A stretch of DNA of 64,000 nucleotides from Hyaloraphidium curvatum SAG 235-1 (taxonomy: Eukaryota; Fungi; Monoblepharomycota), in contig JAIVFI010000015.1 of the NCBI GenBank assembly GCA_025558095.1, positions 62,001 through 126,000 of the forward strand. The letters run 5' to 3'. Position numbers and translations under genes: made by a program. The notes below the pieces were generated by a model, which searched no databases, was not told the origin of the DNA, and worked only from the letters and a program-made list of their open reading frames with translations. Of this stretch, positions 46,601 through 58,183 are shown piece by piece; the stretch's first letter is position 1, and every line of letters begins with the position of its first letter.

Positions 46601-47991
46601 CGCAAGCACGCCGAGTTCGACATGGACTCGTACCCCAACGGCGCCAACGCCGTCGTGGCCGTCATCTCGTACACGGGCTACGACATGGAGGACGCGATGA
46701 TCATCAGCAAGTCGGCCCACGAGCGCGGGTTCGGGTACGGCTCTATCTACAAGCACGAGTGGGTGGATCTGGCCGAGAAGCGCCGGTCCGGGGAGCCCGT
46801 TTGCCACTTTTTCGGGCTCCGTTCGCGCAACGGCCGGGCGATGCTCACGCCGGCGCAGGAGGAAAAGGCCAAGGAGTTCCTGGACGACGACGGGCTGCCG
46901 CGGATCGGGGTGCTGCTGCGGGACGGCGACCCGCTGTACGCCTACGTGGACGAGGCCCTGGGCACGTGCAAGGTGATGAAGTACAAGTCGCTCGAGGACG
47001 CGTACGTGGACGAGGTGCGGCTCGTGGGGTCGGATGCGGGGGACCAGCCGCTGCAGAAGATCGGGATCAAGTTCCGGATCCCGCGGCCGCCCGTCATCGG
47101 GGACAAGTTCTCGTCGCGGCACGGGCAGAAAGGCGTGTGCTCGCAGAAGTGGCCGGCCATCGACATGCCCTTTTCGGAATCGGGCATCGTGCCCGACGTC
47201 ATCATCAACCCGCACGCCTTTCCGTCGCGCATGACCATCGGCATGTTCGTCGAGTCGCTGGCGGGCAAGTCGGGGGCCATCTACGGGGTGCCGCAGGACG
47301 CGACGCCGTTCGAGTACGGCGAGGCGGTCAGCGAGCAGAGCGCCGCGGACTGGTTCGGCGAGGAGCTCGTGGCGTCGGGGTACAACTACCACGGCAACGA
47401 GCCCATGTACTCGGGCATCACGGGCAAGGAGTTTGCGGCGGACATCTATATCGGGGTAAGCGGGGAAGGGCGTCGATCACTTGAGTGACGGTGTTGACGA
47501 CTTCACTGCCTACAGGTCGTCTACTACCAGCGTCTGCGGCACATGGTGTCGGACAAGTACCAGGTCCGCACGACGGGCCCGGTGCACAACCTCACCATGC
47601 AGCCCGTGAAGGGCCGCAAGCGGGCCGGCGGCATCCGTTTCGGGGAGATGGAAAGGGATTCACTGCTCGCGCACGGCGTCAGCTTCCTGCTGCAGGACCG
47701 ACTGATGAACTGCTCGGACTACTTCCAGGTGCGTCGATGCCCGAATCGGTTTCGGTCTCTTTCTAATCCCTCCCGGCCTCGCAGAGCTACGTGTGCAAGT
47801 TCTGCGGCTCCATCCTCTCGCCGACGGCGCAGCCGTCCAACGCGCTCGTCTCGTCGCGGCGGGAAAAGGTCACCTGCCTAACCTGCGACTCGGGCAAGCA
47901 CATCGACGTCATCCCGATACCCTACGTTTTCCGGTACCTCAGCGCGGAGCTGATGGCCATGGGCATCAAGATGCGGCTGGAGATTCGGTGA
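43656..47991 (+). CDS. RPA2: RNA polymerase I second-largest subunit
   Basis: [77 protein letters not shown] and a C-terminal zinc ribbon. Six introns. Confidence 0.96.
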
Positions 47992-48108
47992 TACCAGTTG
48001 CTAGTAGTGAAGGAGGCAAGAGAGATTCGGGGCGGGAATTGATCGCGTTCCGCGAGACTGCTCGAATCCAGTCCGCACCGCCGGCGACAACCTACGCGTT
48101 CAACGGCC

Positions 48109-48900
48109 ATGGTAGCAGAGGCCGATGTCTCCGGCTTCTTTTCTCTGCCGGAGGAGCTGCGGACCGACATCCTGGCGCGTCTCGGGGGCAGTGACCTTGC
48201 GACTTTCGCGTCCGCGTCGCGGCTCGCCTTCCTGGCCTGCATTCCAGCCTTGTCCGCCCGGACCGTGCACGACCGGAACTTTCGCACCATTCGGACGCTC
48301 AGGCTGCACCGGAGAGCCGGAGAACGTGCCCAATTGTACCGGGAAGCTCTGACTGTGCCGGTTCGACTTCATCTCGCAGGGACGGATCAATTGGGCCGGC
48401 GCACCCGGGAGCGGACAGCCCGAAAACGATCCCTTCGAATGCATGTCTCTTTTCCTGGAGGCGTTCCTGGACTTCTACAGCATCAGGAGGCTCCGCTTCC
48501 GTGGATTCATGGCAGAGGAATCCCCCATGCCTTTCCCCGGCCTGCTAAAGACCTTGGCCGCCAAAGGTGCCGGCAGCGACGTCGTGTTCCTCAAGCTCGC
48601 CCATATGGATCTTTCGGAAACCTTCCTGGAGGAGCGCAACTGGGAACCAGGCCTTGGCCCGGATCCGCGATGCTTCGGACGGCTGCTCGCGGAAGCCTGC
48701 CCCCGTTTGGAGGTCCTGAGCGTGCAGGAAACGTTGGCGGAAGCCGGACGGCGGTCGGGACCCGGGATACGAGCTCCGTGAGTCTGCCGCGATCGACCCA
48801 CCGCCTTTCTGACTCGCGTTCTTGCAGTCTGGGGGGCGAAACTCCGAGGGGACTGCACCACCAATGTCGAAGTGACGAGCTCGATACCCGAGTATGCTCG
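48109..48900 (+). pseudogene. F-box-like protein remnant, frameshifted
   Basis: N-terminal FFSLPEELRTDILARL. The downstream exon (…CPRLEVL) after a CTGAC/CAG intron needs a frame change near 48270-48290. The 3' end is unclear. Confidence 0.45.
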
Positions 48901-48951
48901 TTGCGGCGTCCACAACTACTAGAGCTGTTTCGAAACCGGCGTGCCGTCCCG

Positions 48952-49503
48952 CTACAGCTCCATCTCGTCCCCCGCCTGCGCGGCCTCCGCGGCCTTCTTC
49001 CCCTCTTCCAGCAACCTCTTCACCGCCGCCTCGTCGGGCTCCACCGCCACTATCCGTATCCGCGACGTGCCCTCCTTGACCTCGACGGTAACGGTCGCTC
49101 CGAACCCCTTGGGGAAGACCTCCTCCGTCCCCGGCGTCCGTATCTTCACCGTGCAGAACGCCGAAAAGAGCGACTCCTGCTCCACTTCCTCGTCGTCGTC
49201 CGGCGCCGTGAGGACGGCCTCCTTGTGGCAGAGCGTCGCCCGGAGGTGCTCTTGACGCGCCTTCCCGTGAGCCCCTCCCCACGCTGACAAAGCATACGAC
49301 CCACCCTCGATCTCCGCGTGCCCCTTGTACACCTTCCTCTTCCCTGCGTCCGGCCCGCGCTCGATGCGCGACTCCCACGAGACGGGGACGAATCGGTCGT
49401 CGGCGAGTAGCGAGAGCACGCGTTCCAGGTCGTGCGAAGCGAGCGCCGAGCACAGTCGGATAAGCAAGGGCGGAAGATCGATCGTCTGATGAGCTGCGGA
49501 CAT
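48952..49503 (-). CDS. SnoaL/NTF2-like fold protein; possible in-frame intron
   Basis: ALASHDLERVLSLLADD…VYKGHAEI pattern. Confidence 0.6.
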   Translation of the reverse strand: MSAAHQTIDLPPLLIRLCSALASHDLERVLSLLADDRFVPVSWESRIERGPDAGKRKVYKGHAEIEGGSYALSAWGGAHGKARQEHLRATLCHKEAVLTAPDDDEEVEQESLFSAFCTVKIRTPGTEEVFPKGFGATVTVEVKEGTSRIRIVAVEPDEAAVKRLLEEGKKAAEAAQAGDEMEL

Positions 49504-49604
49504 GGCGAGCGGGACCAGGAGGGGTGATCAGGTTCGGTGTTTGGACGCGCGTCGATCGCGCATAGTCGCGTCCGACGCGTCAACTCCTCTTCTGCATATC
49601 CGCG

Positions 49605-50759
49605 ATGGAACCCGCCACGCAGCTCATCGTTGGTGGAAGATCACCCTTCGCGTCCGTGGCGACGGTGAACCCGCCCGTCTTCCGGGGTTCGACCGTCGTC
49701 CTCGACACGTATGAAGAGCTTCGGAAGGCAGCGGCGGGCACGTACGATGGCGTCTCGTACGGCACCGAGCGGTTCCCGGCACAAAGAATGCTCGAGGACG
49801 CGATGCGCGGGCTGGAGGGTGCGGCGCTCACGCGTGCCTTCCCGTCGGGCATCGCTGCCATCCAGCACGCGCTCATGGCCTTCACCAAGGCCGGCGACCA
49901 CGTCGTGCTGTGCGACAACGCGTACTCGCCCGGCCGGTCATTTGCCCGCTCAATACTCTCCAAGTTCGGGATCGAGGTCGGCTCCTGCCCGTCCGCCGTC
50001 GGCGCGGACCTGGTCGAGTACTTGAAGCCCAACACGGTGCTCGTGCTGCTCGAGTCGCCCGGATCCAACACGTTCGAGATTCAGGACTTGCGAGCAGTGG
50101 CGGCGGTGTGCCGGGACCGCGGGATAGTCTCCATTCTGGACAACACTTGGGCCACGCCTTTCTACCTGGACGCCTTTGGCCTCGGGCTGGACGCGACAAT
50201 CCATTCGGTCACCAAGTACATTTCTGGACACTCGGACGTCCTGCTTGGCACCGTCTCGGTCGGGCCGAGGCTGGCGCCGATCCTTGACGACTACTACAAA
50301 ACCTGCGAGCTTTTCGCGCCGTTCGAGGACTGCCACCTTGCCCTGCGCGGGCTGCGGACACTGCAGGTGCGCCTGAAGCAGCACGAAAGCTCGGCGCTCG
50401 AGATCGCGCGCTGGCTCGAGGGGGTGGACCTCGTGGGAGAGGTGATCCACCCTGCGCTGCCAGCGCATCCCCAGCACGAGCTCTGGAAGCGCGACTTTAC
50501 CGGGTCCTCAGGCCTATTTGCCTTCACGTTCAAAGCGGATCACCCGGACGAAAGGATCGCCGCCTTCATGGAATCCCTGCGGCTGTTCCGGATGGGGTTC
50601 AGCTGGGGCGGCTTCCAGAGCCTCGTCACGGCGGGCAGGTACCGCCGGGAGCACGGATCGCAGTACGAGGGCCGCACTGTAGTCCGGCTGAGCGTGGGGC
50701 TCGAGGATCCGCGGGACCTGACGCGGGATCTGGAGCAGGCGATGGCGAACCTGCGGTGA
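49605..50759 (+). CDS. metC: Cystathionine beta-lyase, bacterial MetC-type, intronless
   Basis: VNPPVFRGST, ESPGSNTFE, DNTWATP, PLP-lysine motif SVTKYISGHSD, GFSWGGFQSL, RLSVGLED. Confidence 0.9.
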   Translation: MEPATQLIVGGRSPFASVATVNPPVFRGSTVVLDTYEELRKAAAGTYDGVSYGTERFPAQRMLEDAMRGLEGAALTRAFPSGIAAIQHALMAFTKAGDHVVLCDNAYSPGRSFARSILSKFGIEVGSCPSAVGADLVEYLKPNTVLVLLESPGSNTFEIQDLRAVAAVCRDRGIVSILDNTWATPFYLDAFGLGLDATIHSVTKYISGHSDVLLGTVSVGPRLAPILDDYYKTCELFAPFEDCHLALRGLRTLQVRLKQHESSALEIARWLEGVDLVGEVIHPALPAHPQHELWKRDFTGSSGLFAFTFKADHPDERIAAFMESLRLFRMGFSWGGFQSLVTAGRYRREHGSQYEGRTVVRLSVGLEDPRDLTRDLEQAMANLR

Positions 50760-51685
50760 CCTTGCCGGATGGGTGCAGTGCTGATGTAAGCTGCACTTTG
50801 CCGATTCCATTATCGTCCTTGCGGCACCGCCCTCGTCGTGGGCTTCTTCCCCGTATGTTTGACTTGTTGCTTTTATTGGGGGATAGCTCGGCACATGCGA
50901 CCTCCGCGATGCCGCCCTCGCTCACCGAATCGTACATCAGAGCCGGGCGTTGAGCACGTTGGACACTGATTTCAGAGCACTGAGCAAGACAGAGGCGACA
51001 AATGCCGCGTGGGGGTGCAAGCGCGCCTGGAAAGTTCCCTCCTTTCCGTCCCTTGATCGGGAACCAGCCCGAAAATCAACGACCCGACGAAGTTACAAAG
51101 GTTTTGGTGGTGGATTTCAAGATGCCGGCGCTCGTGGTTGTGGTCAGGTTGGGCACTTGCCCTAATCTTCGTTGCGGGACCCGGCGCTGCTTTGTCAGCA
51201 TGCGAAAGCCCGAACCCCTTACAATACCGTTGCCCGAGCCTTGCCGCAGCATCGACTCGCTCCGCAGGTCTCGGAACAGACCGTTCGTGTAGGCCCCTTG
51301 TTTGTCCGCCCAGCGGAACCCGGGAATGATGAAGTCAGGGCGATCGAGGATGTGTGGAAGATCCAACAGCCCCGAACGTCCCGAACCTCCGCACGTGCCT
51401 TTTCTTTCGCTCTCTCACACAAGCGCTAAGACCGTAGTTACTTATCCTTCAGCAGTAGTGCGAATCTTCATCCGAAAGTGTAGCTCCTTTTCGCCGTGCT
51501 GGAGTCAGGTTCGATCGTTCATCGCCGTCCGCCGCTGGCCGCCACCAGCCACAGGCAACGATCCCCGCCCGTCCCGCCTCTCTGCGGTGCCCGCATGCGC
51601 CTGGCCCGAGCCGTCGCCACCGCCTTTCCCGAAGGACCTCTTCCCCGGTATCTGCGCGCCGGCATAAGTCGACGCCGAAGTGCCA

Positions 51686-53070
51686 ATGCCGTCGGGTTCG
51701 GAGTCGAACGGCAGCGCCGCGGGGAAGGGCAAGCCCGCCCTCGGAGCGAACAGGCAAACCTCGTCGGGCGACCTCGTGCCGGCGGAGGACGTCGAACGCT
51801 ATGCCCTCGGGAAAAGTAGGAGGCAGGCGTTCAGGGACGTGAAGGTGCTGGGAAGAGGGACCGAGGGTTGGTGGCAACCAACCTGTCGGGCGAACACTTC
51901 TCACCTTTCGGCGCCTTTCAGGAACCGTGAGAATGGTGCAGAGCCGCGAGACAGGGGAGGTTTTGGCCCTCAAGGTGCTCGGCTCGGAATACTGTCTACC
52001 CCTCGGCTCACCAGACCTTCGATCCAGAGCATGCCGAAACCGCCACTACCCTCGCCCGGCGCCACCTCTGAATCCATTGTCACCATGCTCGCCGCCCGCT
52101 CGCAGCTGGAGCGCGACCTCAGGCGGCGCTTCGAGGCGATGCAGCCCCATAGCGGGCATCCGCATTTGCCAACATATCTGGAGACCTTCGAGACGGCAGA
52201 CAAGTTCTACATTGTGGTGGAATGTGTGCACGGGGGGGACTTGCTGGGTTACCTGGAACGGAGAGGCGGAAAGCTGCCCGAGGCGGAGGCGCGGGGGATC
52301 GTCGGCATCCTCCTGTGGGTCACTCGTGCGTCGACATCAGCAACGCTCATTCACGCCCATTCAGATCCACACTGGAGTACCTCCACGCCAACGGCATCGT
52401 CCATCGGGATCTCAAACCCGCCAACATTCTCCTCGCGGACGCAGACGACCCAGAATCCTTGGTCATCGTGGACTTTGCGGGCAGCTTCGTCGGACATGAG
52501 GCGGGTGACGACGCCGTCGAAGGCGACTCGATCTTCGTGCCAGCAGGGAGCGGGATGGACTCGGCGCGGGTGCGGCAGCTGATGAAGACGGTTGTCGGCA
52601 CACCTTTCGTGGGTCACGGCCTCGACCACCGCGGCAACCACGCTGACGCTCGTCGCACGCGACAGTACCTCGCGCCCGAGATAGTCGACGGCAAAGAGTA
52701 CGACCCCCGGGTGGACGTCTGGTCGCTCGGATGCATCGCGTACCAGCTCCTGTACGGCCGCACGCCCTTCCAGGACGCAACCGACTTCCACGACCTCTTC
52801 CTGCGCATCCACCGGGGAGAATTCACCTTCCCGCCGGTCACCCCGCCTCCTTCGGACCTGGCCACGGACTTCATCCGCTTCCTCCTGGACCCGGACCCAT
52901 CCGCACGGCCCACCGCCGAGCGCGCAGCGCGGCATCCGTGGCTCGCGGACCCGGAGCCGCCCGGGCGGGCGAGGCTGATGAGCGGCGTCGAGGTGTACCT
53001 GTCGCCGTCGGGAACGCTGAGCCTGTCGGGCGGGGATGCGGGAGTTCCGCGGCGGGGGCCGGGGAGATGA
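51686..53070 (+). CDS. Atypical CAMK-like Ser/Thr kinase (DFAG); paralog of 15396-16551
   Basis: LGRGTEG, LALK, HRDLKPAN, DFAG, GTPF/YLAPE, DVWSLG. Four introns. Confidence 0.85.
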
Positions 53071-53562
53071 CACGATAGGGGGGATGGGGGCGGGTCGCGG
53101 CATGTGCGCATATGGTTTGCCTAGCCTGGAGCGCTTGCGGCACCAGGCGCGGGTGCCCTTTTTGAAGCCATTGGCAAATCTGACCATGGGCAAATTTGAT
53201 CTTCGCGGATTTTGCACCGGGACACGAAACGGCAACGTCGGGGCCGAGCTGTCCAGCCGCCTCACGAGCAGGCTCAGGTTGTTGTCGACGAGCATCTGCC
53301 GCACCCTCTCGCCCGTCACCGGCGGACGGGCCGCCATGGTTGCGAACTTGCTGGGCCGGTGCGGCTTTCCGGACTCTGCGTCGATTCCGCACCTGCCGCT
53401 CCGTCACGTGCCCGCACCACGTCATCATCGAACGCCCGCAACATCATATGTACAAATGGCAAAAGTGAAAAGGCGGGGAAATCTGAAAACGTCGGCTCCG
53501 CATCATCCATCCCAGTTCATCCCTCGATCCCCTCACCGTGCCGCCGCCGCCGCCCCGACCAC

Positions 53563-54833
53563 CTACACCTCCTCCTCGTCGTCGTCGCCCGCAGACTCGA
53601 CCTCGTCGAAGTCGAGCTCCGGGTACAGGGGCGCAAGCTGCGGCCAGCTCTTGACGTTGTCCAGGTACGTGCCCGCCCTCCGCAGCCACCGGCGGCACTG
53701 GTTGCCGCCGCAGTGGACGGCCGATCCGCGCACCCGCGAAATGATTTGGCCGCAGCCACGCCTGCACGTGAGGAGGCGCACCTTCTCGACGATGGCGTAC
53801 GAGATGCGGCACTCCCGCTTGCAGAACCAGGGATCGAGGTCGTCGTCGTGGGCCCTGCCGAATCCGTTGCAGTACTCGCAGACATCCATGTTCTCCTCGT
53901 AGTAGAGGCGCTCGTTCTCGGAGTCGTCGAAAAAGTGGTCTCTGGGCAGCTTCCCCGGCACGCAGTCGGGCACCTGGAGGATCCTGCGATCGGGCGTCAA
54001 TCCCCGCCTCGAGAATCCCCGCCGATCCGGCCCACCTTTTGCTGTTCGGGACCCAGTCGGCGTACGACGCCGGGTGCCCGAAGCCGGGCGGTGGCAGGCC
54101 GTCGTGGCGTGCGCACCAGTTGCACAAAGGGTTGCGCGGGTTGGCGAAGCCGATGACGCGCTTGCACCACTCCCTCGCGCAGCGGGGCGGCGAGTCGAGG
54201 CCACAGTCCGCACAAAACACATGGAAGCACTCGTACGAGCACGTCGCAGCTCCCCTGTCGGCGGAGTTTGTGAGCAAGACGCGGCAACGGAACGACGGGC
54301 TGAAAAAGAACGCACTGGGACTTGGGCCGGCCGCACGACGGCATGCAGACCAAGCTGCCCCGAACTTCGATGAGCTTCTTGCGGAAAGTGATCATCGGGA
54401 GCTCGTCGGTTGTGCCGAGGTAGCCGTAGTGGATGGGGGTGCCGGGCGGCGGCAGCGGGTGCTGGTCGAGGTCGCAGTCGGCGTAAGCGAGCGGGTGGAG
54501 GTGCGAATCGGGCGAGGATGACGTCTCTTCGTCGCTCCCGTTCTCCGAAGCATCGTCCACCGGGCCGGTCCCCTTTTCGGAACGCCCGCTTTTCGGAAGC
54601 CGGCCCGCCGGACCAGAAGCCCCGGAGCCGCCCTCTGCTTTTCGGAAGCCGGCCGTCAGATTCCACCCATCGCAAATGAAGGCCATCATCTCACTTTCGA
54701 TGTCGCTCAGCTCGTTTGAACCCCCCGACCAGCCCTTTCCCGCCGCCACCTCGTCGCCGTCCGAGTCATCGTCCGGCACCCTCGGCGGCTTGCCCCGCAC
54801 GCAGATTGGCGCCTCGCCGTCCGAATCGTCCAT
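53563..54833 (-). CDS. Cys-rich hypothetical protein, multi-exon
   Basis: Acidic N-terminus (MDDSDGE…), many CxxC pairs across exons and an acidic tail. Exon structure is only approximate. Confidence 0.5.
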
Positions 54834-55075
54834 TTTGGAGAAGCGCTGCCCTCGCCGCCGGGCACCGGTCCGGAACGCGGGGTGCGCCTCTCGGGCGCGA
54901 AACCGGTGCCGTACACAAGTACACAACCGCGCCCAATCATCACCCACCGGACTCGGCCATGCCATTTTCGACGGCAGCGCAATTTCGAAGCAGGCGAATC
55001 AGCGAGTCAACTATGTAATCTAGCCCTGTATCAATCGCTGCAAAGACACGATCCCTGCCCTGCTATCTCCAGAGT

Positions 55076-56343
55076 TTACTTTCCCCCTGCGGATCGCCGT
55101 CAGCCGCGCGCACGAGAGAGGCGGGAGCGTCAACGCACCGAACAGCCCCCCGAACCAGCCCTTGCTCTCACCCCTGGTCACGCCGAGCTCGAGCAGCTTG
55201 GCAAAGGCCTTGGCAAAGTCCTCGAAGAACTTGTCCTCGTTGCGCGCGTAGGTCACGACCCACTTCTTGGTCTCCGGGTCGGCGAGCAGGGCCATGTCGC
55301 TCGGTAGCATCATAATGGTGTCTTGGGGATCGCGGTACTGCACGTTGCCGTTGGGGAGCGTCTTGGGGATCCAGAAGTTCTCGAGGAGCTCGACAAAGTA
55401 GAGGTTGGCGAAGGTGGTCGGCGCCGCGTTCCAGGCTGTGGGTGGCCAAGGTTAGCGCCATGCAGAGGATTTGCACGGGCGGCCGCCATCTTCCACCCAC
55501 GTCCGTCGAACCCGGAGCGGTCCGGGTGGCACCTCCCCAGCGTGTGCGCGCCCGAGAGCGCGACGATCTCCTGGTCGTTGAAGCCCATGCGGTAGAAGAC
55601 CTCGCGCAGGTGCTCCACGCCGTCCTTGCCGGGGCCCTTGGCGCCGTCGGGCAGGCGGCCGTTCGGGGGGACCGACTCGGGGCCCTTGTCCTTGCGGCCG
55701 CCCTTCCACTCGACCTTGGGCCCGCCCATCTCCTCGATGGCCACGACGCCGGCCAGCGTCCACAGGTCGCCGTACGAGATCCAGGGGAACTTGGCCTTGA
55801 TGGGCTCGAGGAAGGCGCGCGCCTTGTCGAGGCCTTCCGAGGCGATCAGCAAAGGATCACGGGGCGACGGGGAGGGACCCACCGGCGTTGGCGCCGTCGG
55901 TCGACTCGGGGGCGTAGCGCATGGTGCCGCCCTCGGAGCCGCCGGTCTTGGTCTTCTTGTCGAACGTCTGTGGGTATCCGAGAAGACAGGAGTCAGCTTG
56001 TTGAGCAAGCGACGAAGGCGTCGTTGCAACCCACCCCAGCGGCGTGCCACGCCAGCCTCACGAACACAGGCCCGAGCGACCCGTCGTCCCAGTCGTCGCG
56101 CGACAGGATCTCGGCGATCTCGTGCCTCACGGCGTCGTAGTCGTGCTTGGTCTCGGCGAGCACGGTGGCTGAGCCGAAGCCGAAAGCGAGCGCGGCAGCG
56201 GCGGCGCCGGCGACGAACGGCACGGCGCGGGGGGCGGCCTTGGTGCTGGCGAAGCGGCGCGCGGGGACGGCGGCGACGCGGGCGGCGACGGGCATCGCGC
56301 GGGCGGCGGTGCGGAGCGCGTTGGCGGCGAAGCGGGAGGCCAT
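55076..56343 (-). CDS. CCP1: Mitochondrial cytochrome c peroxidase
   Basis: Presequence [15 protein letters not shown]; [45 protein letters not shown] last intron gives …LFGGK*. Confidence 0.93.
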
Positions 56344-56874
56344 CGTGTCTGCGACGGGAACCGGATCAGAAACATGTCCCACTAAAATCACGAAACGGGA
56401 TCGCGAGCGCAGCGCCGGCGGGGGCCGACCCGGGATGGGCGTCGAGTCAGAGGGCGACACTGCCCCCCACGCTGTGCGCTCCATAACCGCCATCCGGGCC
56501 CTGTCCCGCGCTCTCGGTGCCATTTTGAGCGCGCAGGAAGGCAGCGGCCCGGCTCCAAGTGCCCACTGCCCGCAGATGCGCGGAGGAACCGCGCAGAACA
56601 CGCGCGCGCCCCGGGCCCTCCCGAGCCCCGCCGCGCGTCCCGCGGCACAGCGGCGCTCATGTGCGCGAAAGCCGCGCGTTTTCCCGGTGGATGGCTCACC
56701 TGCGTGCGGTGCGGCCGGTGGATCAACGAGTCGGGACGGCGGATCGTCGGCACGGCACGAATCCACGAGGTCAGCTGACGAAGCTAACACGATCCGATCA
56801 CCCCAGGCGCGGAGGCGTCGCGGACAGGGAGAGACGGGCGGAAATTGATGGATGCCGATCGCGGTCTAATTGTA

Positions 56875-58066
56875 TCACGGCCTGCCCGCCGGCGATTCAT
56901 CCCGGGCGGGCGCCCCGGCATCCCCACCCCCATCCGCCGGATTTGCCCCCACCTCGCTTTCGGCCGACTCCACCTCCGCCCCTCCCTCGTCCGATCGGTT
57001 CCGATTTCTTGCCGACCCCATCCCCAACCCCGTGCCGGCATCCTCATCCCCCACTTCGTCCCCCATGAAGCTCCCGGCGCAGACAAAGTACACCTCGCTG
57101 CTGGTCTTGCGCGTCGCCGGGGGGCGCACGATGCGGACCGAGTAAAAGTAGTCCAGGAGCACGTGGCGGAATGCTGGCCACGTGGGGTGGGAAGGGAAGT
57201 GGTCGGATGGGGGGTTAGGCTGGCAGGCGTCGATCGCAGAGTGAGGCACCACACCATTCTCCTCGCCGCCGACAAAAACTTTGCAGATGAAGGTGCCCCC
57301 GATCTTCAGCATCCGCCTCGCAACACCCAGCGCGGCGTAGCAAAGTTCCTGTTCGCCGACGCATGTCAGTGGCATATCTCTACGATGGCCTCCCGTAAAC
57401 CAGTCCAACGAACCATCTGCCTCGTCCGGTCCGAAACCTCCACCCCGATCGAATGCGGCGCCATGTCCGAGATCACCGCGTCCACCTTAAGCCCGCGGCC
57501 CCGGTCCCGGAGGATCTCCTGGACCTGCTCCAGCGTCTGCTCGTGCGTAATGTCGCCCTGAACGAACACGACGCCCGGCGGCTCCCACACCGGCCGCAGG
57601 GGGACCAGATCGACGGCGACCACGACACCCTCTGGAACCGAGCGCGGCACCGGTCAGCCCGGCGCTCCCTGACCCGCCCAGGCGGGAACGCACCCTTCCT
57701 CCCCCGTCCCCCCGACACCAGCATCCCCGCCACCTGCGCCCAACCCCCCGGGCTCGCGCCCAGATCCAGCACGCTCATCCCCCCCTTGAGCAGCTTGTGT
57801 GCGCGCTGGATCTGGAGCAGCTTGAACGCGCTGCGGCTCCGGAAGTCGTTGGCGCGGGCCTCGCGCACGTAAGGGTCGCGGTTCTGCCGGCGGGCCCAGT
57901 CTGCGGGGGATTTGACCGCAGCGGGGCGGGATTGGCCGTTCCGCGACCGCGGGGAGGCGGAGAGGATGGGAGGGATCGCAAAAGGCAGGGATAGGAAGGG
58001 AAGGGCACACCGAGGGGGCGGTGGTGAGAGCGTAGGTAAGCGCGACAGGGGAAGACGGGGTGGCAT
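56875..58066 (-). CDS. MRM2: FtsJ/RlmE-family mitochondrial rRNA 2'-O-methyltransferase
   Basis: RQNRDPYV, RSRSAFKL, DLGASPGGW, SDMAP, FICKVF, PPATRKTSSEVY. Confidence 0.88.
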
Positions 58067-58183
58067 CGCTTCCTTGGGTGCCTCGGTGGAGGAAGCAGCC
58101 AGCGGTTGCGGACGCGTCGGGTTGTTTACAAGGGGTTTCTGGCGAGCGGACAGGGTCCTATCGGCGCGCCGGGCTCCGACGTG

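Noticed and set aside
50950-51450. Short protein-like ORF (LDLPHILDRPDFIIPGFRW…) in a lower-GC spacer
   Set aside because: No recognisable family or clear start; possibly a decayed remnant, but unsupported.
53071-53337. Possible small minus-strand gene (MAARPPVTGERVRQML…)
   Set aside because: The ORF runs on antisense into the kinase, with no domain or splice structure I could support.
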